Source: Parasitella parasitica NRRL 2501
Taxonomy: Eukaryota; Fungi; Mucoromycota
Length of the DNA: 44,288 bases
Assembly: GCA_025201805.1 (NCBI GenBank)
Contig: MU619313.1
Location: 110,736-155,023 of the forward strand
Direction of reading: 5' to 3'
Both the position numbers and the translations under genes were made by a program. Numbering within the stretch: position 1 is the first letter of the stretch; the number at the start of each line of letters is the position of its first letter. Below the pieces are notes generated by a model. It was given only the letters and a program-made list of their open reading frames with translations. It made no database searches and had not been told where the DNA came from. Positions 24,545 through 36,345 of this stretch are shown here, piece after piece.

Positions 24545-24769
24545 AGGGCCTAGGGTATTACACGCACCTAGTATCAGACATAACGGGTCCAGCCTAACGG
24601 CCTTCAAGCCTCACGCAATGCTGGATTCCTAAGTCATCGAGCCAAAGCCTTCAACTCAAATAGCCTCCGGTCACATTAAATAAAGGGCCAAGGGTATTAC
24701 GCGCACCTTGTACCAAACATAATGGGTCCAGCATCACAGCCTTCGAGTCTCACGCTATGCTGGATTCCT
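24545..24769. repeat. Two copies of an 86-nt GC-richer direct repeat (24545-24630 and 24684-24769, period 139 nt, 12 mismatches) with hairpin potential
   Basis: Direct alignment of AGGGCCWAGGGTATTACRCGCACC...ATGCTGGATTCCT. Confidence 0.9.
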
Positions 24770-24949
24770 CTATTTAAACTAAGTGCTATGTGAATTGTCA
24801 GAGAAAAAAGAAAAAAGAAAAAAGTTTTAGTAGTTTAAACCAGAGTATACTCACAATTTGGTATATGTGCGTGTGTGGGAGCGTCCGCTGAATTAATGCA
24901 TTCATTCCCATTTGCTAATTCATGCTGGCAAGATTTAATTGTTTTTATT

Positions 24950-27900
24950 TTAATCAATAAGCTTGGCAAATGCCATGGTATTTTTTGAAAAGTAGTCGGC
25001 AATGACATCAAATCCGTCTTCATCATGATCCAATTGGTCAAAGAACATATCGTGTCTGTCCGCATTGGCTTCCTGTGTCCTTCTGATCTCGCTAATCATA
25101 CGATGCTGGATAGCACATTGGGGACACTCTCTGTCGTTATCTCCTAGGCAGCTATTTTCAAACGAATTTGGTTGGCCAATCATACATTATCGCTTCGTCA
25201 ACTTTGAAACACACATACCGTTGATGATAAGAATGTCTGCACAAAAAGTGAATGGCAGGCAGATCCAGGTTACCCTCACAGCCTGTACATTTCTGCACTT
25301 GGAAGATGCGAGCACTGGGCGTCTGTGAGTCACGACGATTAAGCTTCCTCAAAGCCGCACTGCTTACCTGGTTTGCAATTCTTCGATCTCCTTTCTGCGC
25401 TTCTCTGTTTCTTCTCTGTAGCTCCTAATCAGCTCCTCGTTCTATCCACAGCTAATGAGTACTGCTGCATTTCAGAGTGTCAGTAGTATGTGCATACCTG
25501 CGTTAATTCCGCACGTTCATGCTTGATTCTCTTGCCGATATATCCCTTCAATAAGCCAATGGTGGCTACATTGGATCTCGACAAAGCTTGGACAACCTGG
25601 ATGGGAGGTAGCAAATCCTTGTCGTCAATGTGCTTCATAACCGATGCTAGTTCTTCGGTGGATCTAGCCATGACTTCGGGCGTGGAAGAAAAGTAGGTCA
25701 AAACCATGGGATACAGCGAGGAATCCTTTGGCCTAAATGAATGAACGCGGTGCACCCCTTATCAGCACAAATTTGCAACGAGAGAGAGAAGAAGAAAAAA
25801 AAGGAATAACGTACCCGTATTTTCTAACGCCTTCAATGACACGATCAGTTTGCCCCTTTTCCATCCAGTAGCGCAAAATGTCTGTATACATGCCCGTTTT
25901 TTCATACAAATAGACAATGCCCTCGTCAAACTGCTTCAGTTGACACAGGACTAGCGCTTGATTCGTGTCATAGTTAACGCTGTCGTCATGTAGCAAAGCC
26001 AGCGCCTTTTGACGGAGCTCTCTCTTACGTTTCTGTCGTTCACGGGCTGATGTAGGCTCTTTGATATCGTCCATCAGGTACAATTCCAGTAGGGTGTTCC
26101 AGATAGTCTTGCGCTCTTCCTGCTCCTGTGCAGACCAGTGGCGCAGTCCATTGACAATGGTGGCAGCGTCTGACATGGGCGATGTAATGCCTGTTGTTGT
26201 TGTTGTTGCTGGTGAGAAGCTGCTATTGCTGGCTGTGCCCCACAGCTTGTCAAAGACAGATTCCAAAAACGTGGTCAAATAATCAGGACGATCTACAAAA
26301 GCAGGCATAAATTTGCGGGGCGAGGGAGGAGAATAGCTCAAGCGTCCGCCTGCATTCTTTGTTTGTGCAAGCTTGCTCAATGTGGGTGTTTGCGAGCTGC
26401 TGTTATTGAGCAAGGTAGCGCTGTTTTCACTGAAAATGGAAGAGGCACTATCTACAGCCGAGGGGCCTCCAAAGGGCAGGTTTGAGAGAGCCTTGGTGTT
26501 GTCGCTGGGAGCAGGGGATTTGGGATCTGTCGGCGTTGTTGATTTGTTGACGGTGGCCAAAGGAAGCGTGCCAGTGCACAATTCAATCAGCAGTTGAGTT
26601 GTTTCTTCAGGCAAATGGCAGAGCAATGTTTTGCTGTATTTCTGGAGGTTTTTATCGGCTTCGTACGGGCCCAACTTTTTGATATACGTCAACGAAGTGT
26701 CGTATTTCTTCATGTCCTCAATCACAATATCGAGATACATGTCGTGTTCCTGAAACTTTTCGGCAAGATAAATGGCGTGGTCAAAATACCCAGCCTGTCG
26801 ACAGACACTTATTGCTGTTTCCAAGTCAAAATTGAGGTCGGTATCGGTTTTGATAAACAGGTCAAGGCGAGATACATCCTTCAGCTTGGTGTAACAATTC
26901 AAGAGCAGCGTTGTGTGGTCCGCATTTGCTAGTCCTTTTGCGTGTAATTCATGCAGATAGCTTGTCAGGTTATAGATTCTTTGGGCGTCTAGAAACTGTT
27001 GTATGTTTAGCTCACAAAGGACGCTCACATGATTCTGCCTACTGTTACCTTGCGAATAACATAAGAAGGCTCCAACTGCCCGATAGTGCGGATATACTGC
27101 TCCATGGAGCCGTCGTAGTCGCCCTTGCTGTACAGATGATCGCCGTATTTTTTGAAAATCTCAGAGATACTTGTGTCGTCGTATTTTTGCATATGCGCTA
27201 GATTAATAGCCAAAACGTACAGATTCAGTTTGAACAAGATTTCCAGTTTTGTTGGGGTGTCTTTTTCGTCCAAATGGTACAGCTATCAAGCGCCGTAAGT
27301 CTCCTCCTCCTCCAACACACACACACACACACACACATACGCCATAGACGCAATAGACGTTACCTTTCCATCCATGCCAACAATCCAAATCGAATTCCAC
27401 TCGCAAAATATGCCGCGAATGCCACCCAAAAAGGTGCCAACGTAGGCTACAAACTTGTTGGCTGTGTCGAAAATGGCAATCTTTGTAAGTTCGTTAGTTG
27501 ATGTTCTTTTAGGGTTGAAGTTGAGCGATGCACGCGCACCGCTTGACAAATGCGCTGAGGTGGTGACAGGAGGAGACACAATGACCAAATAGCTTGACTT
27601 GAACCATGTCAGCGATGATTTCGGTGTGTCATACGCAAAACAGGGGCCTCTGCCCGTGGGATCATACAAATAAATTGCTTCATCGCGGCCCACCACCATC
27701 TCCTGCTGATCATTCATGACTGCGCACCCCAATCCACAGCCCTGTTCATCCAAAACGGTGATGGAAGGCTTCACCGCCGTTGTGTTGTAGGACATGATGT
27801 TGCTGGTTGTCACAATGAACAAGATGGTCGACTTTGTTTGCTCTCTGAACCCGAGGCCTGTGATGGGTTCCTCCCCTTCGTAAATCACCTTTTGCTTGGT

Positions 27901-28677
27901 TGTTTTATCTTTGGATAGATCGCCACGGATCAAAATGACAACCCCGTTTGCTAATCCAATGGCGAGCTGTGACATGTTCTCCAGGATAGCAAATGTGGAT
28001 ACTGGATACGTCTTTCCGCCGTGCTGAATTTTGATGGTGCGAAGCAGAGTAGGCACAATGATATCATCCGTGCCTACAATAGGTTTCAGGGCATCCAAGT
28101 CCCAGAATTTTACGACTGGAATGCCTGATACAGCGTCATCCTCCTATCGTCTCCAGCCAGTCAGTGAAAAACGAACGCACACACGCTATTTCCATTACTC
28201 ACGCCAACTGTAACTAGCACATTCTTTTGTCTCAACTGCTTCATATGACTTACTCGGCCGCCGTCATATGCAAGGAACTTTTGAGTTTTGAACGAACGAT
28301 CGACAATATAAACACTACCTGACGAATGTGTTTAGCAAAAAAAAAGAAAAAAAGAAAAAGAGAGCTGGTTAAGGTAAATATCATCAAAAATGGTGCAGAC
28401 TATTAGTATCAGTGGTGCCTAATCTATTGGTAAAATAAAAAAATAAAAAAAGGATATCAGACAGTACGATATGGCCACGGCCAGTGGCGAAAACTGAAAT
28501 ATCCTGCTTCTATTTTGTGGGTAGCAGAAGAAGGTAAAATTATCAGGTCCTTGCCAACACGACTTGTTTTGCTAGTTTATATACCTGAAAGATCGCAGGT
28601 GTCTTTCCTTTCTCTACAGGATCTGTGGCCTGCTGTTTGTCAAAAAAATTAAACTGTCTCCATTGTGCCAAAGACAT
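24950..28677 (-). CDS. VPS11: Vacuolar protein sorting 11 (Pep5; HOPS/CORVET core subunit); multi-exon, includes one AT-AC intron
   Basis: N-terminus WRQFNFFD and beta-propeller; KYGDHLYSKGDYDGSMEQYIRTIGQLEPSYVIRKFLDAQRIYNL; DHTTLLLNCYTKLKD; RING CTGCEGNLDLPAIHFLCRHSYHQRCL...CPQC; terminal FDVIADYFSK. Confidence 0.95.
28328..28457 (-). other. U12-type (minor spliceosome) AT-AC intron, intron 2 of VPS11
   Basis: 5' splice site ATATCCTTT, branch site TTTACCTTAACC (28378-28367) and 3' end ...AAACAC. Removing it restores GRGHIVLS-D-SSGSVYIVD in frame. Confidence 0.9.
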
Positions 28678-28823
28678 GTTTTTATTGTTATTATTTCAGA
28701 GGAAAGAAGGGAGAAGGGAAAGGACGATGTATCATGTTTATGAGTATTTTCAAGCTACCACGTTTCAGGGCCATTAAAGCACCGCAAATTATGCCCTTCT
28801 GATTGAGAATGCTTCTTGCTACA

Positions 28824-29170
28824 CTAGTAAAAGTAGTTGGGGGCAGGGGAATAGTAGTTGTATGGGCTTGTGTTTTGGTAAAGTAGTTGGCTCTGCAGTG
28901 GATTCGAGTAGTGGGGCTGTTGCAAATACATGGGTGGCCTACTATACAGATCATTGTACCCGCCATTTAGAGGATAGCCGTAGTAGTTCCTGTTCCATCG
29001 ATACTATGCATCACACAATGAGTTCTCCAAATGTAAAAAAGATTCGCTTATAGTTGCATTACCTGCTGTAGTGCATCATGAATAGGTGCACTCACACCAC
29101 CTAGTATCCCATTGTTATTGAAATACTGTTGCCAATACGGATCGTACATATAGCTTTGACTTGCCCCCAT
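28824..29170 (-). CDS. Two-exon 95-aa Tyr/Gln/Asn/Pro-rich microprotein with N-myristoylation motif (MGASQS); absent from the ORF track
   Basis: Exon 1 29170-29063, GT-AG intron 29062-29004 (59 nt), exon 2 29003-28824. Product: MGASQSYMYDPYWQQYFNNNGILGGVSAPIHDALQQYRWNRNYYGYPLNGGYNDLYSRPPMYLQQPHYSNPLQSQLLYQNTSPYNYYSPAPNYFY*. Confidence 0.75.
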
Positions 29171-30652
29171 GAGAAGATGTATAGATTGTTATTTGAATGC
29201 TTATGAGAAAAAGAAAAAAAGAAAAGAAAGACAGAGAAGAGAGAGAGTGAGGGGGAGAAAGAAGGGCAAAGGCCCATCATGTTGATCATAAATAGCCCTG
29301 TTTACGTTTGAATTTTCAAATGATTTTGTCAGATTTAGAAGGTTACCGTGATACATACATCAATGCAAAGCTATGAGCTAATTTTGAAAGCCCAAGTGTG
29401 CAAGTTATCTATACTGCCTGTATTCCATCATTGTTTTTTTATTATTATTTAATTCGGCCGTTTGTCACAAACTGTATTTATCGCTCACCGTGCTGTTTGC
29501 CACTTCATCGCCATCTTTGTTCACATATACACCTGCAATATATGCTATCATGAAAAACGTGGAGACAGTTGAGCTACAAATGATTGCATTTGCAGTCTAT
29601 GTGGCTCTGTACTCCTCCACAGCAGTAGAAGCATTCAGATCCCTGGTAAATAAACTGACGACATTTCGGCAAACATTAATATACTGCGATTTGACTACCA
29701 ACGGAACTGAATATTACATCTTTCAGATGATCTGAAAAAAAGTTTGGGTTTACTTTAAACATAAACCCCCCCCCCCCCCAAAAAAAAAAAGATGTTTTTA
29801 TGCTATATTCCATCAAACCAAAGCTACAGAACTCATTCTGGCTTCAAAAAAGAAACACTGCTTTTTGAAGGAGATGATCAAAAAACGTGTTCTGTACATT
29901 ACCATGTTGTGTTACATTTAGCTAGCTCACCTCATCTTGTGATAATACTATAATAGTTTTATTTGGCTGGTTTCAGCGGTCAGAGGTTTTAAAAACGGCT
30001 TTCCAGGTAACTTAATGCAGAGGTTTTAATATACCTTCTTTTCTGACCTGTTGCCGTACCTTACTATGGATCCCGCATCATACTCCCAGTCAAAACTGGC
30101 TGCTGCAACAGTGCAGCAGCAGCCAAAACCAATTCACACTCCGTCCTCGTTTTATTATCTCATCAAGCATTCAATTGAGACCCTTTCAACAGATTTTCAG
30201 TGATACCTCAACAGTCTACCAGATAATACACATTGTGTGGAGTAAGATTATTTATAGAGTCGAAGGATCCGTATATGACGTTATAAGTTTAAAATGTCTA
30301 CAAAGGAAAATCGTCGATTTGCCCTCTCTTTTTCTAATGAAAAATCGTTGAAAATCAATCCCCTATCTTTTTCCTGCAAATGTGTCGATAGCAGCTATGA
30401 GCTCTGGGATATCGTTTAAAGGACTTGAATTGCCTAAAAATACCATAAACTTTTAAATGAAAGGCTTTTTGTGTATATATATCAGTTGCTGTAGCATTTC
30501 ATGTCCAGGTTGTAAGAAAGCAAAAAAAAAAAAATACACACACACATACACATACACACACACACACATACACATACACATGCGTAAACATTGCTCAAAT
30601 AACAAGGATTTATTGTTTTCAAATATAAAGAAAAAGGCAGGCCTGTAATGTA

Positions 30653-32712
30653 CTACATTTTGGCTCCCATATAGGCACCTACTTTGAGTGATTGTCTAAC
30701 GCCCAAGTCCAACATAATCTCTTCGGATCCACCTGGTATTGCGTATGCGCGCACTTCGCGATACAATCTCTCGATTTTTTCACCTTGGCCTCCACGAGTG
30801 TATGATAAACCGCCAAAGATTTGAGCTGCCTCACGAGCACAGTATTCGAATGTTTGTGTCGCTTGTGCTTTGCACAGCGCTATAGGACCGCCTAATCGAA
30901 TGGGCAACAGCTGAGGTGGGAGTTTATTGGCCTGGTACGTCAGGATCTCCATCCAGGCATGAGTGGCCTCTACTTGCCTTATCATATGGGCAATCTTGTT
31001 ACGAATAACAGGATGGTCGATAAGCTTTTTGCCAAAAGTAACTCTCTTGTTGGCATACTATGGATTATATACAGAATTGTTGGTACGTTTGTGATGTAGC
31101 ATACGCAGTCAAAGTTCGACATCATTGTTATATGATATGTACCTTGATGGATTCTTCAATACAGACTCTTGCGAAACGGTTGGCCTGAATAACGATGCCC
31201 ATTCTTTCGCTCGAAAAATTCCACATAATGTACTTGAACCCCTTGTTCTCCTTACCAATGAGATTCTCTTTAGGTACTTTGACATCTTCAAATGTAACGT
31301 AAGCAGTGCCAGAGGGCCATACACCACTGCATTTCATCTGTCTAGTGCCTGGAATATATTAGCGTAAATAATAATAATAATTATAAAAAAAAAAAGAGTA
31401 TGTTCTCCTGCAGGACGTTCCCTGTATACTTACTAACGCCAGGCATCTCACGTTCAACTAAAAGAAGGGATATACCACCAAAACCTGGCTTACCAGTTCT
31501 GACAGCAACGCAGAAATAGTCGGCATATACACCATTGGTAATCCATTTCTTTTCACCATTCAACAAGTAATGATCGCCCATATCCCTTGCTTCGGTTTGA
31601 AGACCGGCGACATCTGACCCACCTGAGGGCTCTGTAATGGCAAGACAAATAGTCTTTGTACCAGCTAAACAGTCCGACACAACCTTGTCTTTGAGGTACT
31701 CTGAGCCAAAATGTAATATGGGAGGAAGACCAATGCCTAGTAGACGTTAATTAGCACAATTGCCATATACATCCTATGTTGTTGTTTTTTTTTTGGCTTT
31801 ACTAACCAAGACCTCCACAAAGTGCCCAGAGAACCTAAAGTGACATGTTAATTAGTTAAACGCCCTGTAGATGTGGCATCATTTTCAAGTACTTGCCCCG
31901 CCTGAACCACATCGCGAGAGCTCATCAGTAACAATAACAGAATGAAATGGATCCCATTCGTCAAGAGGAACGTCAGCAGGAAGAGGGTAAGGAAGATACT
32001 TGCCCTCACCGCCAAAGCTTACAACAGCCCCTAAAATACCTGCCTTGGCAGCCTTGACAAACATCTCTTTGGGTATTTGCTTAGCCTCATCCCAATCATA
32101 GCAGTTGGGCATGATTTCCTTTTCAACAAACTCGCGCACACATTTACGGACAGCACGATGCGAATCGTTGTAAAAGGGGCTGTGCCAGTCTTGATACCAC
32201 ATGGGATCTCCGTAAGGACATCCGTCGCCAAAGATCTCGCTCATAATCAGCGGGTTGTTCTCTGACGAGGGCTGATTTTGCTCGTCTAGCTCTTCAGTGG
32301 TCGTGATTTCTTCTTGCTCATTTTCTGTGCCATGGCTAATTTGGCCAATTTCGTACTTGGCAGCTAGAGTTTGCAAAACACTGGGGTTGTGGAATGCATC
32401 AAAAGACTTGGATGCATCCTCGCCGGCAGCTTTCAACAGCACTTTCTTGCCCCCTAAGCATGTCACGCAGTTGGTATTGTATGCACATTTTGCTATGTTT
32501 TATTGGCATTATCTCACCTGGATGTTCTTGCAAAAAGTTGGTAACATCGTAAACTTTACCGTGGATGATAACCCAACTGCCGTTGTAATGTTTATATATT
32601 GTTAGTCGATCTACCGCGTAGCAGAAACTGACGCATTCGAGTTGTATTACCAATCTGTATCAATTCTGTGCTTTGCGACTTCTTCAACGGTGAATTTTGT
32701 GTTGCTAGACAT
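30653..32712 (-). CDS. Cytochrome b5 domain-acyl-CoA dehydrogenase fusion with a C-terminal PTS1-like tripeptide (-AKM)
   Basis: b5 domain: [35 protein letters not shown]. ACAD domain: CLAITEPSGGSDVA, LNGEKKWITNG, QIFGGLSYTRGG...ERLYREVRAYAIPGGSEEIM. Includes GC-AG intron 31835-31896. Confidence 0.9.
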
Positions 32713-33726
32713 CCTAATAATGTACTGTACCAGGGAAAGAAAAGAGTGGTATAGTCAAGCAAGCAATTTATATAAAAAAAATAAACCGTTCTTTATTTGT
32801 TTGTACATGCAAGCAGTTGCGCCTATGAAAAGTATTTTCATATGTCAAGTAAACAGCCATGGGTAATAATTGTGTATGCTGAAATTGGCCCTCTCAATAA
32901 TGAGATGTACTGGAGTTCATAACAGCGACGGTAGCAAAACGTGGGATTGACATCACAATCGCTATAGACAGATTAGCACCTGTATCTTTGTAAAGCCTGA
33001 CGTATATAATTATCTGTTTGGTCTTTGCGTGCTCAGCTTGATAAACTTTACATTCATACATTCATACATGTACAAAACAGGCCATGCTCCACTCATTTAG
33101 CAAAGCTCCTTAAAATACAGTGTTTTTGAATAAATTTGGGTTTATTTTTGTTATGTTTGCAGAATAGTTTCATCGCATGCTGTCGTTGATCCATGTGATT
33201 TACTCCATATAGCTACGGAGCAAACGAAACGCCTTGTTTCCTTGCTTTTGACTTGTATCACTTCACGTGTACGAAAATTAACAATTTATGCAAATTAAGT
33301 TTTTTTTTCAGGAGATTTTCTGTGATACATTTTGCCTAAAACTGAAAAGGATCAACACAATAAACAGGAGATAATTACATATTTTGGATATTTATATGGA
33401 GTTTTGTCTTGCATCATTGCACATTTTAGATTAAATCCTATCTCCTCAAACTCATGAAACACGTTGAGATAATCAAATCGAATGCAATAGCATGTAGCAC
33501 CTCGATTTCATCACCGCCAAGCAGTCGTATGAAAAACTATCATTAAGGTTGTTTGAAAGGAGAAATGGGGTTTACTCGCCATAGAAATCAGGAACAAAAA
33601 AAAAAAAAAAAAGGGTCCACATAGTTTACATGCATATTATAGTTGGTCGAAATTTATTCAGAGATAGGCAGAAAGTATACATTAATTACTGTACAAAAGG
33701 TATTATATTTACAAGATCAAAACAAC

Positions 33727-35020
33727 CTAAATGATTTGTTGTCTTTGCTGCGTGCTACTTAGGATATGGCAATGGATCAAATCGTGCCCTTTTTGCTCGC
33801 AAAGAGCACAGATATTCATGATGCTATCGTCAAACAAATCTTCTTCATTTTCTTCTTCTTCTTCGGGTATAGGAGTATCTAATTTGTCTCGGATAGACCA
33901 ACGATAGTTTGCTGTATCACTGCCAGCAGTGAAATTTGTTGTGATCTTCAGTTGAAATTTGATGCCTTTCAGTTCCGTTGTCAGTAAACTGCAGTTTTGT
34001 TTTTCTTTTTTGAGCGAATCGACAAGAGTAGCTTCCTTGTTCATCTTGTCATTCAAGACCACCTCTAAAGTATCTATATCTTGTAATAGCAATCGTACTT
34101 GTTGGTGGTGTGATTTCAGCATGGCATCTTGCTCATCTTGCATCTTTTTACGTTCTAAATCCCAGATTTGTCTCGATTTTAGTTTGCTTTTCTCAAGCCC
34201 GGCTAATGTCGATTCGTATGACTCAATTGCTTCTAGGCCGGCCCTTCGTAAATCGTTCTGCTCCGTCAAAAGATCCCGTACTTTCTTCTTTTCATCCTCC
34301 AGCGATACTGTCATTTGCTGCATTTTTTGCCGGTGGATGTCTTCTAGTATGTCTATGCTCTCCATGCTAGCCTTTTTGACCTGTAAAATGGTGCTCTCTA
34401 ACTGTTCAATATGCTCATTTTTCTTTTTTTCCATTAATGAAGCTGCTTGCTTCAACTGGCTGTTTTCTCGTTCCAATGCTTTTATCCTTGCCATGAGGTC
34501 GTGGTTGTTGATTTTGGCAGGCAAGGGAGGAGGTGTGTTGATTGGAAAAGAAGGGAGATGTTTCAACTTCTGATGATGGTGATGTGGTGTGGAAGGCCTG
34601 TTCATCAGGCTCAAGTGTTGTTGTTGTTTGATGACTTTGATGGCTAATATAAACAAACCTGTCTTGGGAGGACAAACAAAGTAGCGCTTGCTATTCACAA
34701 ATAAATGATATTAATTAATTATGTGTGCACAAGGACAAACGAGCAATCAAAAACGTGCCCACGCTACTTTACCCATCAACAGATCCATCATTTTTTCCCA
34801 ATCCTGCGGAATCCAACTCGATGCCAGCCCAAGTGCCTGCCTTGAACTTTGTTGTGCCTATAAATCGTACTGTGCCGTGAAGACTGTTCACTTGGACCCT
34901 GTCACCGATATGAAGCTGATCTTGTATTAATTGCTGTTGGTTATGCTCTATAAAGTGGGTTGTTGGCGTTGAACGTGTTGCCATTGGTTTTCGTGAATCT
35001 GACCATGTCTTGCTTGACAT
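33727..35020 (-). CDS. CAP-Gly domain, coiled-coil and C-terminal CCHC zinc-knuckle protein (CLIP-170/Bik1/Tip1-like); 2 exons
   Basis: GTVRFIGTTKFKAGTWAGIELD...GKNDGSVDG-KRYFVC...GLF, a long heptad region, and CALCEQKGHDLIHC. Confidence 0.85.
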
Positions 35021-36345
35021 GTTTGAAAATTTCAGAATTAAGGAAAGTAGTGAAAGAGAGAGAAAGAGAGAGAGAGAGAGAGAAAAATAGGGGTTGGAAA
35101 CTTAAAGGTTCAAAATGATAATTAGTCGATTTGCTTCTGATTCATTATGCTGAAAAAGATATAAGGAGAAGAGGTGTAGTAGGTTACTTGTTATTATTTG
35201 GGGGGGGGGGATCTTGCGTTCTTCTTTATTTGTTAAAATACCTATGGAATTTCCAACCTTATTTAGTTTATTTTTAAAGGAGCTTGTCAATTTTCAAGTA
35301 ATACTGCAGAAACAACTTTTCACTTACACATATGATTAATCATTGATGGTAGATATTTAAAGTGTGCTGCCATGGTATGTTTTTGTTTCACCCTTCGAAC
35401 ATTGGACTTGTCAGCCAAGGGAACATGCAATTTTTACTCCACGCATCTTTTTGTATTCTAGTGGAGCCAACATTTTAAACTTAAAGCAAGTTTATTTTTA
35501 TTCAAGAAGTTTCTATGCTATCGTTAATTATGGAATGAAGCAGATGGTAGCGCGCTGAAAAAGGGATTTACTAGTAACCATGGTAACCAATGTAACACTG
35601 CAACTACTTTTCCACGTTTATTAAAGTTTGATCATACATTCAATAATGATCCAAACTATAAAACAAGTTAGTTGCTAGATTTTTGTGTTCACTTATTGAT
35701 GAGAATACGTGTAATACTCGGCACGACTTACCCTGTATCGATGATATTTCATGGTAATGATCCTGATCGATGATTTATTATTGTAGGTGCATGTATATAT
35801 AACCTAAATTACATATTTCAGGTGTTCAAATGTAAAACAAAAAACTCCCTTAAACTACAACGATGACAAATAGTTGAGTGTTGCTGGATTCTGAAAACAT
35901 AAATCCTCAGTCTTACTATGTTTGGAGCTCTCTCAAGCATTCGTGAAGCTAGTTGATTGTTGCAAATCCCATGTAGAGTGTCTCATTATCAGTTCCAAAA
36001 TAAAGTGACCAAACTGATGAATCTCAATGATTTGCCAAAAATCCTATGTATCGCTTTAATAATGATCATTTAGACATAAATTAACATAATTCAAATACAA
36101 TGATGGTATATTCAAGGCAAATTGATGATGGAGTTGATTTCCTGCATTGCCAAGTAGTTGGCTCAGATGATCTCTATTTACACAGTTACAAACAGATGGC
36201 CAGTTACATTGTGCCAAAATTTTTGTTTAAAAGGGAGACAGACTCTCTTTCGACGCTGGTTTCTCTTTTTCACTCCTTTTATTTTCCTTATCGTTCAATT
36301 AAACCACTACTACTTTGGATATATTAAAATACATAATATTCCGTC

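Noticed and set aside
24545-24769. CRISPR, tRNA or HDV/hammerhead interpretation of the 86-nt repeat
   Set aside because: Eukaryotic context with only two long units, no T-loop GTTCGA, and no conserved ribozyme cores.
33547-33600. GTTGTTTGAAAGGAGA resembles the U6atac 5' end
   Set aside because: The catalytic triad, internal stem-loop and oligo-T terminator are not recognisable downstream. An Infernal search would settle it.
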